Positions 12,911 through 26,056 of a stretch of DNA of 64,000 nt are shown here, piece by piece. The DNA is taken from the NCBI RefSeq assembly GCF_036365525.1, contig NW_027140807.1, forward strand, positions 186,001-250,000, read 5' to 3'. The translations under genes and the position numbers were made by a program. The notes under the pieces were generated by a model, which made no database searches, had not been told where the DNA came from, and saw only the letters and a program-made list of their open reading frames with translations. The DNA comes from Heterodontus francisci (lineage: Eukaryota). How positions within the stretch are numbered: position 1 is the stretch's first letter; each line of letters begins with the position of its first letter.

Positions 12911-13730
12911 TCCTTATTTATTTATAACCCAGAAACACAATGAGCTCCAATACAGTGACAGAGCGCCCAGAACCTAAACCATCCAGCATCTGCGGTACCT
13001 TGTGTTCAGTTCACCAGACTGTAACCGGGATGTAGTTCTATAATTATCAGGAGAGGTTCATAGACAAGTTTCAAAGTCCCTATTGAAACATCATCAATAA
13101 TCTGATACTTATCACGGTCCTACACCACCCTCTGCTGTCCCTGTGGAGAAAGGCAACACTGTCAGTGAATAAAACACTACAGTGTCTGAATATCTATTTA
13201 CCTATCTATCTCTGTTCCGATCGACCTACTTGTCTGNNNNNNNNNNNNNNNNNNNNNNNNNNNNNNNNNNNNNNNNNNNNNNNNNNNNNNNNNNNNNNNN
13301 NNNNNNNNNNNNNNNNNNNNNNNNNNNNNNNNNNNNNNNNNNNNNNNNNNNNNNNNNNNNNNNNNNNNNNNNNNNNNNNNNNNNNNNNNNNNNNCATTAA
13401 ACACTTTCAGAATCTCTGTATGAACTCTAAAGATTCATCCTTCAGTCTTCTCTTTACTGGAGAAACGATCCCCCAGCCTGTTCAGACTTCCTTGATCGTT
13501 ATGACTTCTCAGTACCGGTATCATTCCTCTAAATTGTATCTCGCAATTTTCCACTGTCTCTGAATCTAATCTCTTTCTATTTCAATCCGCTCTGTCTTCT
13601 TTTGAAAAACATGTTCCCAATGACAAAAACACCCAGCAGGGTGCAGCACCGCCTGGTTTTATCTGAAACAGGTGTTTCCTGCTGCCTTTGGGGTTTTTAT
13701 TGAACTGCTCCATCTCTCTGAGTCACTGTG

Positions 13731-14183
13731 AAGACTCCAGGCACAGAAATACACGGCCGAGTGATTCTCCCGCAGGCTGGAGGACTCCAGGTTGAACTGG
13801 GAGTCAGTTGGTCTCTCGGCGGTGAAACCGCCCACCATCCCCTCTGGATGAACATAGTTAGCAGTACTGGAGTAAAACATCAACAACGGCTCCTTCCCCG
13901 GGTATTGTCTGTACCAGTACATTCTAGCAGTACTGGTGCCCTGCACGGTACACCTCAGTTCCACTGCCTCTCCACGCAATCTGGAGACAGCGGCGGGAGT
14001 CTGGCGGATAGTCTGTGAGTTCACATCTAGGAGAGAGATGGAGAGAGGAGGAGATCAGTAAACAGGGAACTTCTGGGAATGAAAGGGAGACAGGGAGAGG
14101 AGAGGAAAGTTATTAACGATAATCTTTGCATTTTACACTCACTTACAATGAAACAGGATTATCAGACACAGTAACTGATACAT
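13731..14183 (-). CDS. TRBV: TCR V segment, family B copy 4, apparently functional (leader 14147-14183, V exon 13731-14026)
   Basis: Leader MYQLLCLIILFH|GTAAGT. V domain intact (LRCTV, MYWYRQ, YFCAWSL). RSS at 13692-13730 is CACAGTG-23-ATAAAAACC. Confidence 0.9.
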
Positions 14184-15351
14184 CTTTCACTACAATATGT
14201 TCTCTTAATAGACACAGGAGTGGGAGCAGGAACTTAGAGTCTTGTGAGGGTCCAAATCCACTCTTTATAATTCATTCGGAGAAACATGAAGAGCATTAGG
14301 AAGTGATACAATGTTGGAGACGCCCATTCACCCAGGTCAACAAATCAGAATTGAATTGGCTGCCAATCTGCTTCTCTCTCTCTCTCTCCCTCTCTCTCTC
14401 TCTCTATCTCTATCTCAGTTTACCTTCCGCTTTCTTGCGCTCTCTCTCTGTCTCTCTCTCTTTTGCTCTCCTCATGTGTCTAGGGTTATGTCTCCCACTC
14501 TCTTCCTTTCTCAGACTCTCTCTCCCTCTCTATCTCAGTCTATCTTTGCTCAATTTCTCTCTCTGACACTCCCTCTCTCCTCATGTATCTAAGGTTATGT
14601 CTCCCATTCTCTCCTTCTCTCTGACTCTCCCTCTCTCATACTCTTGTTATCTCTTTAGTTATTTCCCTGTCTCTGTCTCTCTCTAGATCTATCTCCCTAT
14701 CTGTCACAGGCTCTTTATCGCAGTCTCTCTTTCTCTCCGTCTCTCTCTCAGTGTCTCTCTCTCTCTCTCTCATTTGTGTCTCTTGCTGTCTCACTGTCTT
14801 TGCCTCTTTCTGCGTCTCCCTCTCTGTCTCAGTCTCTTTAACTCTGTCCGTCGATTTTTCTCTCTCTCTCTAGATCTCGCTCTCTCTTTCACACACATAC
14901 ACTCACTTTCTCTCTCTAAAGGAGTAGGTGTCCTTGTCCTGTTGATGTTTATCAAGCTGGATCTACATGATCTCCTGCTCTCTTAGTTTTCTCACTAAAT
15001 CCTTCTCAAAGCCATTGTCCGGTCCATGGTCCTGGATCCCCCTCTGCTGTCCCTGTGGAGAAGGTAAAAACAGGGTCAGTGTAAGAATACCCAGATTATT
15101 GTCATTGATTCCTGATAGTTACATTCTGAGATCTCGTGACATCCTTATTAATCGTTCATTGCACCCTCGGCAGTTCCTGTAAATCTAGTGTGTCACTACA
15201 ACCATAACTCAACTCTTTTTATTGTAACAAACACTTTCACTCTGCATAAGGAAACAACAGGTCGAGGCATCGAACGGTTTTACCCTCCACAGGTGTTTCC
15301 TGCTGCCTTTGGGGTTTTTGTTGAACTGCTCCATCTCTCTGAGTCACTGTG

Positions 15352-15836
15352 ATCTCTCCAGGCACAGAAATACACGGCCGAGTGATTCTCCCGCAGGCTG
15401 GAGGACTCCAGGTTGAACTCGGAGTCAGTCGGTCTCTCGGCGGTGAAACCCTCCACCGTCCCCTCTGAGTTCACCCTTTGTACAGTTAGGGAGTAAAACA
15501 TCAGCTGCGGCTCCTTCCCCGGGTATTGTCTGTAACAGTACATGTAAGGGTTACTGGTGCCATCCACGGTGCATTTCAGCTTCACCTGCTCCTCAGAAAA
15601 TTTGGAGACAGAGGCGGGAGTCTGGTGGATAGTCTGAGAGTTCACATCTGGGAAAGAGACAGGGAGAGGAGGAGATCAATAAACAGGGAAATTCAGTCCA
15701 GTGGGTAGAGAGAAAGAGAGAGAAGGAGAGAACGAAATAAATAAAACCATATCCTAAAGAAATGTTAAGTAGATTTATTGTTTCAATAAAATTCCTGACA
15801 GTGAAACAGGGTGATCAGAGTCAGTAACAGATACAT
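15352..15836 (-). pseudogene. TRBV: TCR V segment, family B copy 5: ORF with the conserved Trp changed to Cys (leader 15800-15836, V exon 15352-15647)
   Basis: MYCYRQ replaces MYWYRQ and the donor is weakened to GTCAGG. RSS at 15313-15351 is perfect (CACAGTG-23-ACAAAAACC). Confidence 0.82.
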
Positions 15837-17718
15837 CTTTTACTTTAAGCTGCCTTCTGAATCTGCAAAGGGGAGAGAGCAGGAGTGATTAGTGTTGTCA
15901 ATAACCAACCCACTCTTTACAAATCATTGGGAGGAACAGGGAGAGCATTAGGAAGTGATGCAGAGATGGTGACGTTCATTTCCCTCATCAACAAATGAGA
16001 ATCGAGTTGGTTGCCAATGTCCCACTTTCTCTCTCTCTCTCTGTCTCTCCCTGTCCTTTACTTGAGATGCTCCTTTCTTCCTCTCTGTCTCTCTTCTGTG
16101 CCTCCCTATATGTCTCAGTCTGTTTATTTCAGTCTCTCTCTCACNNNNNNNNNNNNNNNNNNNNNNNNNNNNNNNNNNNNNNNNNNNNNNNNNNNNNNNN
16201 NNNNNNNNNNNNNNNNNNNNNNNNNNNNNNNNNNNNNNNNNNNNNNNNNNNNNNNNNNNNNNNNNNNNNNNNNNNNNNNNNNNNNNNNNNNNNNATGTGG
16301 ATTTCCTTCTCCTGGTCATGTATATCAACCTGGAGGACTGTATGTTCTCTCACTGTTTCAGTTTTCCTGTGAACTCCTTCTCAAAAGCCATTGTACATCA
16401 CATGGTCCTAGAGCGTCCTCAGCTGTCCCTGTGGTGAAAACATACACAGTGTCAGTCTATAACAGCCCCAGTCCTTTTATTGTTATTCTTTCCTGATATT
16501 TGCAATCCTGAGATCACGGGATATTCTTATTCAATGAGCTGGAAGATAAATGGGCACGGATACAAAGCTGTGCATGTGTGTGCGTGTGTTTTTCACTCGC
16601 TCTGTCTTTCGTTCACTGTCTCCCTCTGTTTTACGGCTTTCTATCTTTCTCTCCCTGTCTCATTCTGTGTGTGTGTGTGTGTGTCTCCCAATCTGTCTCA
16701 CTCTCTTCCTCTGTGTTTTTTTTTTGCTTTTCTCTCGCACTTCCTTCTTCCCCCTCTCTGTCCTCCTCTCTCTCCTCTGTCTGTCTCTCTGTCTCAGTCG
16801 CTTTCCCTCAGTCGCTTTCTCTCAGTCTCTCTCTCAGTCTCTCTCTCAGTCTCTCTCTCTCAGTCTCTCTATCGCTCTCTCTCTCTGTCCCTCTCTCACT
16901 CTCTGTCTCTCAGTCTCTCTCTCTGTCTCTCTCACTGTCTCTCTGTCTCAGTGTCTCTGTCTCAGTCTCTTCCTCTGTGTTTTTTGTTTTCCCTCTCGCT
17001 CTTTCTTGTTCCCCCTCTCTGTCCTCCTCGCTCTCCTCTCTCTTCTCCTCTATGTCTCAATCTCTCTTTCTCAGTCTCTCTCTCAGTCTCTCTCAGTCTC
17101 TCTCTGTCTCAGTCTCATTCTCTCTGTCTCTTTGTCTCAGTCTATCTGTCTCAGTCTCTGTGTCTCTGTCTCAGTCTCTCTGTCTCTGTCAGTTTTCCTC
17201 TCAATCTTGTTCTATCCCTCTCTCACACACTCGGTCTCCCTCTCTTTGTCTCTCTCGTTGAGTGTGTGTGTATCCCTCTCTAAGGTGATGAATGTGCTTC
17301 TCCTGTCAATGTGTATGAAGCTCGAGGGCTGTATGATCTCTGCCTCTTTCTGTTTTCCTATTAAATGTTTGCCAGGCCATTGTGCATTCATGGTCCTAGA
17401 GCACCCTTTGTTAACCCTGCAGAGGAGGAAAACTCAGTGGCAATGCAGAAGAACTCAAGTCGTTTTATAGTTGATCTTTCCTGATAGTTAGAACCTCAGA
17501 TCTCGTGTTATCCTTGTCAATTGTTCTTAGCACATTCTCTACTACCTCTATATCTAATCTCTCACTACCACTCTGACCCATCTCTTCTTGTTATCATAAA
17601 CACTTTCGCTCTGCAAAACGAAAGAAATTCGAGGCTCCGGGCAGTTTTACCCTCCACAGGTGTTTCCTGCTGCCTTTGGGGTTTTTGTTGAACTGCTCCA
17701 ACTCTCTGAGTCACTGTG

Positions 17719-18192
17719 ATCTCTCCAGGCACAGAAATACACGGCCGAGTGATTCTCCCGCAGGCTGGAGGGCTCCAGATTGAACTGGGAGCTAGTCGGT
17801 CTCTCGGCGGTGAAACCGTCCACCGCCTTCTCCGGATTTATGTGATCAGTACCTGTGGAGTAAAACATAAACTGTGGCTCCTTCCCCGGGTATTGTCTGT
17901 ACCAGAACATGTCAGGGTTACTGCTGCCCTGCATGGTGCATTTCAGCTTCACCTGCTCCTCAGAAAATTTGGAGACAGCAGCGGGAGTCTGGTGGATATT
18001 CTGTGAGTTCACATCTGGGAAAGAGACAGGGAGAGGAGGAGATCAGTAAACAGGTAACTTCTGTCCAGTGGGAGAGAGACAGAGAGAAATAAATAAATAA
18101 AAACATCACCAAAAGAAATGTTAAGTAGAATTATTGTTTCAATAAAATGCCTTACGGTGAAACAGGGTGATCAGAGTCAGTAACAGATACAT
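17719..18192 (-). CDS. TRBV: TCR V segment, family B copy 6, apparently functional (leader 18156-18192, V exon 17719-18014)
   Basis: Intact leader, GT-AG intron, LKC, MFWYRQ and YFCAWRD. Perfect RSS at 17680-17718. Confidence 0.92.
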
Positions 18193-18254
18193 CATTTACT
18201 TTAAGCTGCCTTCTGAATCAGCAAAGGGGAGAGAGCAGGAGTGATGAGTGTTGT

Positions 18255-18335
18255 CAATAACCAACCCACTCTTTACAAATCATTGGGAGGAACAGGGAGA
18301 GCATTAGGAAGTGATGCAGAGATGGTGACGCCCAG
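18255..18335 (-). promoter_or_regulatory. Conserved family-B V promoter block (also upstream of copies 1-5 and 8)
   Basis: CCAAT, AGGAAGTG (ETS-like) and a TGACG CRE half-site about 60-140 bp upstream of the ATG, repeated with some variation in the paralogs. Confidence 0.45.
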
Positions 18336-19991
18336 GTAAACAAGTCAGAGTGGAGTAGGTTGACAATGTCTCTCTCTCTCTCTCTCTATTTGTATACATC
18401 CAGCTTTATGTCTCCAACTCTTTCACTCTCTTTCTCTCTCTTTATCTGTGTGTGTTTGTGTGTGTGTGCATCTTTCTGTCTCTGTCTCCCTCTGTCCCGT
18501 ACATTTCCACTGAGCCACTACGTCTCCCTGATTCACCCTCTCTGTCTCTGTGTTTCATCACCGGATTGATTGAGAACCAGAGGTCACTTATTGATGGTAA
18601 TTGGCAGAAGATCCAAAGGTGAACTGAGGAAACCTTTTGACACAGTGAATGGTTAGGATCTGGAATGCACTACCTGAGAGTGCGGGGGAGGCAGTTTCAA
18701 TCGTCGCTTTCAAAAGGAAATTTGAATAACTATGTGTAAGGAAAATGTGCAGTGTTATTTAGAAAGGGCAGGGGGAGTGGGACTTACTGCAGAGACCAAA
18801 TACAGCAACAGGCTAACAGCATTGTGGAACATCCTGCATTCAGGCTGCAAGTGTGACCCTGAGATTCCGGTTGGCAGATACTTTTAATTCTCATTCCCAC
18901 TCCCACCCTGACCTCTCTGTCCTCGACCTCCTTCTCTGCTCCAGTGAAGCTCAACAGAAACTCGAAGAAAAGCACATCATCTTTCAATTGGATTCTTTAC
19001 AGCTTTCAGGGCTCAACAATGAGTTAAACAATTTCTGATCATAACCACTGCTCCGGTTTATATGAGCAGAGGTTTGTTGGTGATGATTGCGTTTCTGCCA
19101 TTTCCATCTCCTCTAGACCCATCTCCTGTTCTTTACTTGACCCATTAACATCCCCTTTGTCTTGCACCAGCCTCAGTTTTGTTATTAAATCTCTCCTGCA
19201 TTCCTCCCATTCTCCCTCTCCCTGGCTTTCTGCTGCTTAAAAGCTGATAGATCACTAAATCCTTCCAGTTCTGTTGAAAGGTCTACGACCTGATATGTTA
19301 ATGTTTTGTCTCTCTCCACAGAGGCTGTCTGACCTGATTAGTATTTCCATCCTTATTTATTTTTAACCCAGAAACACAATGAGCTCCAATACAGTGACAG
19401 AGCGCCCAGAACCTAAACCATCCAGCATCTGCGGTACCTTGTGTTCAGTTCACCAGACTGTAACCGGGATGTAGTTCTATAATTATCAGGAGAGGTTCAT
19501 AGACAAGTTTCAAAGTCCCTGTTGAAACATCATCAATAATCTGACACTTATCACGGTCCTACACCGCCCTCTGCTGTCACTGTGGAGAAAGACAACACTG
19601 TCAGTGAATAAACCACAACAGTGTCTGTCTGCCTACCAGCTATCTATCGACCTATCTCCCTACCTATCTGATCTTCACTTCACACATTAAACCCTTTTAT
19701 AATCTTTCTAAGAACTATGAATGTTCACCCTTCAGTCTTCTCCTTTCTGGAGCAAAGATGTTCAAACTATCTTTGTTCCGATATCATTCCTGTCAAGTCT
19801 ATTTCACAATTCCCCTGTGCTTCTATATCTAACCTCTCACTTTCTGTTTAAATCCGCCCTGTCTTCTTGTGAAAAACACTTTTCCAATGCCAAAAACACC
19901 AAACTGGACGCAGCACAGCCTGGTTTTATCTGAAACAGGTGTTTCCTGCTGCCTTTGGGGTTTTTGTTGAACTGCTCCATCTCTCACTGTG

Positions 19992-20447
19992 AAGACTCCA
20001 GGCACAGAAATACACGGCCGAGTGATTCTCACGCAGGCTGGAGGACTCCAGTTTGAACTCGTACTTATTCAGTTTCTCGGCGGTAAAACCTTCCACCGTC
20101 CCCTCTGGATCCACATAGTTAGCAGTACTGGAGTAAAACATCAACAGCGGCTCCTTCCCCGGGTGTTGTCTGTACCAGTACATGGAGATGCTACTGCTGC
20201 TCCCCTTGACAGTGCACCTCAGTTCCACTCCTTTCCCGGGAAATCTGGAGACAGCGGCAGGAGTCTGGTGGATAGTCTGTGAGTTCACATCTGGGAGAGA
20301 GATGGAGAGAGGAGGAGATCAGTAAACAGGGAGCATCTCTGAATGAAAGGAAGACAGGGAGAGGAGAGGAAAGTTATTAATGATAATCTTTGTATTTCAC
20401 ACTCACTTACAATGAAACAGGATTATCAGACCCAGTAACTGATACAT
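19992..20447 (-). pseudogene. TRBV: TCR V segment, family B copy 7: ORF intact, RSS spacer only 17 bp, promoter truncated (leader 20411-20447, V exon 19992-20290)
   Basis: Heptamer at 19985-19991 and nonamer at 19959-19967 leave a 17-bp spacer (6-bp deletion). Upstream homology to the paralogs stops at about 20537. Confidence 0.8.
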
Positions 20448-20563
20448 CTTTCACTGTAACTTGTTCTCTTAATAGACACAGGAGTGACAGTAGGAGCTTA
20501 GAGTCTTGTGAGGGTCCAAATCCACTCTTTACAAATCTTTCCTGCTGCCTTTGGTGTTTTTGT

Positions 20564-22195
20564 TATTAGAATTAGAATTAGAACATTACAGCGCAGTACA
20601 GGCCCTTCGGCCCTCGATGTTGCACCGACCTGTGAAACCATCTGACCTACACTATTCCATTTTCATCCATATGTCTATCCAATGACCACTTAAATGCCCT
20701 TAAAGTTGGCGAGTCTACCACTGCTGCAGGCAGGACGTTCCACGCCCCTACTACTCTCTGAGTAAAGAAACTACCTCTGACATCTGTCCTATATCTATCA
20801 CCCCTCAACTTAAAGCTATGTCCCCTCGTGTTTGCCATCACCATCCGAGGAAAAAGACTCTCACTATCCACCCTATCCAACCCTCTGATTATCTTATATG
20901 TCTCTATTAAGTCACCTCTCCTCCTCCTTCTCTCCAACGAAAACAACCTCAAGTCACTCAACATTTCCTCGTAAGACCTTCCCTCCAGACCAGGCAACAT
21001 CCTAGTAAATCTCCTCTGCACCCTTTCCATAGCTTCCACATCCTTCCTATAATGCGGTGACCAGAACTGCACGCAATACTCCAGGTGCAGTCTCACCAGA
21101 GTTTTGTACAGCTGCAGCATGACCTCGTGGCTCCGAAACTCGATCCCCCTACTAATAAAAGCTAACACACCATATGCCTTCTTAACAGCCCTATTAACCT
21201 GGGTAACAACCTTCAGGGATTTATGCACCTGGACACCAAGATCTCTCTGTTCATCTACACTACCAAGAATCTTCCCATTAGCCCAGTACTCTGCATTCCT
21301 GTTACTCCTTCCAAAGTGAATCACCTCGCACTTTTCCGCATTAAACTCCATTTGCCATCTCTCAGCCCAGCTCTGCAGCCTATCTATGTCCCGCTGTACC
21401 CTACAACATCCTTCGGCACTATCCACAACTCCACCGACCTTAGTGTCATCTGCAAATTTACTAACCCACCCTTCTACACCCAATCCAGGTCATTTATATA
21501 AATGACAAACAGCAGTGGCCCCAAAACAGATCCTTGCGGTACACCACTAGTAACTAAACTTCAGGATGAACATTTGCCATTAACCACCACCCTCTGTCTT
21601 CTTTCAGCTAGCCAATTTCTGATCCAAAGCTCGAAATCCCCTTCAACCCCATACTTCCGTATTTTCTGCAATAGCCTACCGTGGGGAACCTGATCAAACG
21701 CCTTACTGAAATCCATATAGACCACATCCACGGCTTTACCCTCATCCACTTGTTTGGTCACCTTCTCGAAAAACTCAATAAGGTTTGTGAGGCACGACCT
21801 ACCCGTCACAAAACCGTGCTGACTATCTCTAATGAACTTATTCTTTTCAAGATGATTATAAATCCTGTCTCTTATAACCTTTTCCAACATTTTACCCACA
21901 ACCGAAGTAAGGCTCACAGGTCTATAATTACCAGGGCTGTCTCTACTCCCCTTCTTGAACAAGGGGACAACATTTGCTATCCTCCAGTCTTCCAGCACTA
22001 TTCCTGTCGACAATGACGACATAAAGATCAAGCACAAAGTCTCTGCAATCTCCTCCCTAGCTTCCCAGAGAATCCTAGGATAAACCCCATCTGGCCCAGG
22101 GGATTTATCTATTTTCACACTTTCCAAAATTGATAACACCTCCTCCTTGTGAACCTCAATCCCATCTAGCCGAGTAGCCTGAATCTCAGTATTCT
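20564..22195 (-). mobile_element. 5'-truncated CR1 LINE (reverse transcriptase part, frameshifted)
   Basis: Motifs KSPGPDG, NYRPVSLTS, DFSKAFD and KFADDTK, split across ORFs 21561-22139 and 20647-21483. (TTCTAA)n 3' tail at about 20564-20585. Confidence 0.93.
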
Positions 22196-22309
22196 TCCAC
22201 TCTGCTAAACGAAAGAAGTTCTAGGCTCCGAGCAGTTTTATCTTCCACAGGTGTTTCCTGCTGCCTTTGGGGTTTTTGTTGAACTGCTCCATCTCTCTAA
22301 GTCACTGTG

Positions 22310-22782
22310 AAGACTCCAGGCACAGAAATACACGGCCGAGTGATTCTCCCGCAGACTGGAGGACTCCAGGTTGAAGTCGAAGATACTCGGTCTCTCGGCG
22401 GTGAAACCGTCCACCGTCCCCTCTGATTTCACGTTTTGTGCAGCGATGGAGTAAAACATCATCTGCGGCTCCTTCCCCGGGTATTGTCTGTACCAGTACA
22501 TGTAGAGGATACTGGTGCTGCTGCCCTGCACGGTGCACTTCAGTTCCACTCTCTCACCAGGCAATTTAGAGACAGCGGTGGGAGTCTGGTGGATAGTCTG
22601 TGAGTTCACATCTGGGAAAGAGACAGAGAGATCAGTAAACAGGGACATTCAGTGCCTTGGGGAGAGAGAAGAGAGAGAGAGAATCAAAAATAAATAAAAC
22701 GAAAGAAATGTTAAGTAGAATTATTGTTTCAATAAAATCCCTTACGGTGAAACAGGGTGATCAGAGTCAGTAACAGATACAT
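22310..22782 (-). CDS. TRBV: TCR V segment, family B copy 8, apparently functional (leader 22746-22782, V exon 22310-22611)
   Basis: Intact leader and V exon (LKCTV, YMYWYRQ, YFCAWSL). Perfect RSS at 22271-22309. Confidence 0.92.
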
Positions 22783-24580
22783 CTTTTACTTTAAGCTGCC
22801 CTCTGAATCAGCAAAGAGAAGAGAGCAGGAGTGATGAGTGTTGTTAATAACCAACCCACTCTTTGCAAATCATTGGGAGGAACAGGGAGAGCATTAGGAA
22901 GTGATGCAGAGATGTTGACGCCCAGGTCAACAAGTTAGAGTGGAGTAGGTTGACAACGTCTCTCTCTCTATCTATCTCAATCCGCCTTCCTCTCTCTTTC
23001 TTACACTTTGTTTCTATCTCTCTCTCTCTCTCTCTGCATGTATCGAGCTTTATGTCTCCAACTCTTTCAATCTCTTTCTCACTCTGTATCTGTGTGTGTG
23101 TGTGTGTCGTTCTCTCTCTGTCTCCCTCTGTCCCGTTCATTTACGCTGAGTTTTTCCTCTCTATGTCTCCCTGATTCACCCTCTCTGTCTTTGTGTTTCA
23201 TCACCGGATGTATTGAGTCCCTGTGCATTGGGGGTTGTTCCCCTCTGTGCAGTGAAGGTGAGAGGGATATTAACCAGACTGGTGCCAGGGATGAGGGACT
23301 TCAGTTACTGTGGAGAGACTGGAGAATGTGGGGGTTTCTCTACTTGCAGCACAGAAGGTTAATGGTAGATGTGATACAGACATTGAAGATCATAGAGGAT
23401 TTTGATAGATAATTGATGACAAACCACATCATATATGGTCAATATATAGTTAATCTATGAAAAGATGGTCATTCATTACATTATTACAGTATGTGTAATC
23501 AGTTCATACAAACTGTAATCAGCTAAAGATAGAGTTAGATAGATAGCGAGAAAGAGCGATAGATAATCAGGTAGAGAGATAGATAGATAGACAGTCAGGT
23601 ACACAGATAGATATATAGAGAGGTAGAGAAATACAGAGATAGAGGGAAAGTCAGATAGGTAGAGATTTAGCGAGCTAGATAGAGAGGCAGTCACTGCCCA
23701 TGTAAAAGACAGGGATGTTAATTGGCATTCTCTCATTTTACACCGGCTTTGTAGCTAGTGGGAGAGAGAGGGAGGGAGAGAGAGGGAGAGTGGGGATGGA
23801 GAAAGAGGGATGGCGAGAGGGGGAAAGAGGGGGATGGAGAGAGGGATGGAGAGAGGGATGGAGAAAGAGGGATGGAAAGAGGGAGCGACAGGAAGTTATT
23901 GATCAGTCCTGATCTCATTGAAGGTCGGAGTTTTTCCGAGGTGATGAATGGTCTCCTTGTGCTCCCAGGTCACTGTTAAAGTGTGTTGCAGACTCTGATG
24001 TTTATCATGGTCCTACAGTGCACTCTGCTGTCCCTTTGGAGAAAGGAAACACAGTGANNNNNNNNNNNNNNNNNNNNNNNNNNNNNNNNNNNNNNNNNNN
24101 NNNNNNNNNNNNNNNNNNNNNNNNNNNNNNNNNNNNNNNNNNNNNNNNNNNNNNNNNNNNNNNNNNNNNNNNNNNNNNNNNNNNNNNNNNNNNNNNNNNN
24201 NNNNNNNNNNNNNNNNNNNNNNNNNNNNNNNNNNNNNNNNNNNNNNNNNNNNNNNNNNNNNNNNNNNNNNNNNNNNNNNNNNNNNNNNNNNNNNNNNNNN
24301 NNCAGTCTTCTCCTTTCTGGAGCAAAGATCCCCCAATGTTCAAATTAATCTTCATAACTTTAACCTCTGTGTTCATGTTAAGTGTATTTCGCAATTTCCC
24401 TGTTCTTCTTTCTAACCTGCGACCTTCCATTTAAATCCACCCTGTCTTCTTGCGGAAAACATGATCCCAATGATAAAAACACCCAACAGGACGCAGCACC
24501 GCCTGGTTTTATCTAAAACAGGTGTTTCCTGCTGCCTTTGGGGTTTTTATTGAACTGTTCCAATTCTCTGAGTCAGTGTG

Positions 24581-25022
24581 AAGTCTCCAGGCTCAGAAAT
24601 ACACGGCCGAGTGATTCTCCCGCAGGCTGGAGGTCTCCAGATTGAACTGGGAGTCAGTCGGTCTCTCGGCGGTGAAACCGCCCACTGTCCCCTCTGGATC
24701 CACATAGTTAACAGTACTGGAGTAAAACATCAACTGCGGCTCCTTCCCCGGGTATTGTCTGTACCAGTACATGGAGAGGTTACTGCTGCTCCCCTCTACG
24801 GTGCACCTCAGTTCCACTCATTTCTCGGGAAATCTGCAGACAGCGGCGGAAGTCTGGTGGATAGTCTGTGAGTTCACATCTGGGAGAGAGATGGAGAGAG
24901 GAGGAGATCATTAAACAGGGAACTTCTGGGAATGGAAGGGAGACAGGGAGAAGACAGGAAGGTTCTGAAGGATAATCTTTGTATCCTTGAACCAGGATTA
25001 TCAGAGCCAGGAACAGATACAT
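24581..25022 (-). pseudogene. TRBV: TCR V segment, family B copy 9
   Basis: TGA stops at 24818-24820 and at the second Cys (24593-24595). The heptamer reads CACACTG and the leader splice donor is deleted. Confidence 0.9.
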
Positions 25023-26056
25023 CTCCCACTTGACACTGCCCTCTCAAACAGCAAAGGAAATGGAACAAAAGAAATCAGTTCTGTGACTAACCAATCCGCT
25101 CTTTACAAGTCATTGAGTAAAACATGAAGGGCATGAGGAAGTAATGCAGTGTTGGACACGCCCCTTCCAGCACCCAACCAATCAGAATGGACGTGGTTGC
25201 TTTTGATGGTTGAGTGACTGGAGTAAGTGTTGTTAACATCCCCAACAAGGGTGTCTGTTGTTCAGTTTCTAATCTGCTGATTAGAAATCTCCAATTGTAC
25301 ATAATGAACCTCATCGGCATTCCCACATTAGCCACATGTAGATTTCCAATTACAGACCTCTGCATTCCAAATGATCTGCTCCTGTAGGGGATGTATTAGT
25401 GTGTGGCTGACTTGACTAGATTCTTAATCCACAGCCTCGGCTAGAGTTATAGCGACGTGGGGCGGGGGAGGGGGGGGGGGGGGTGAATCCCACCAACACA
25501 GATAATGACATTTCAATGACATTAATATTTCTATATTTTCAAAAGAATCTCGTCTAATGGTGACCATTGTTGCAACAATCCCTCTCGTTCACTGATGTTA
25601 GGGAAGGAAATCTACCGCCTTCACCTGGTCTGGTCTACATGTGACTCCGGATCCACACAATGTGGTTGACCGCTAAATGCCCTCTGGAATGACCAAGCAA
25701 GTCACTCAGTTCAAGGGCAATCAGGGATGGGCAATAAATGCTGGCCTAGCCAGCGAGGCCCACATTCCATGAACGAATTAAGAAAAACAGCCAGATGTTG
25801 ATTCATAAATGGTCAGGTGGGACTCCTGGCAAACGTTTTCTGCAACATTGGCCCGAGGGATGTAGGTGCAACAATATCTGGGTCACACTGGGCTGCTGAT
25901 CTATTCTACAGCTTGGTCTGTGCTCATTACTGTGCCCATCACCATCAGGGAGGATCAAATCTACTGCTGCCCCCTGTCGGTGGAAGATGAGCACTGAACT
26001 CCCGTTCATCCGCTGCAGGTTTTTGCAGCTGAGGATCCGCTTTCTCAAACACTGTG

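Noticed and set aside
25803-26056. C-terminal extensions of V ORFs past the second Cys (for example HSDSERWSSSTKTPK)
   Set aside because: They are read-through of RSS and flanking sequence, with no J motif, transmembrane segment or splice donor. These are not germline-joined or non-rearranging receptors.
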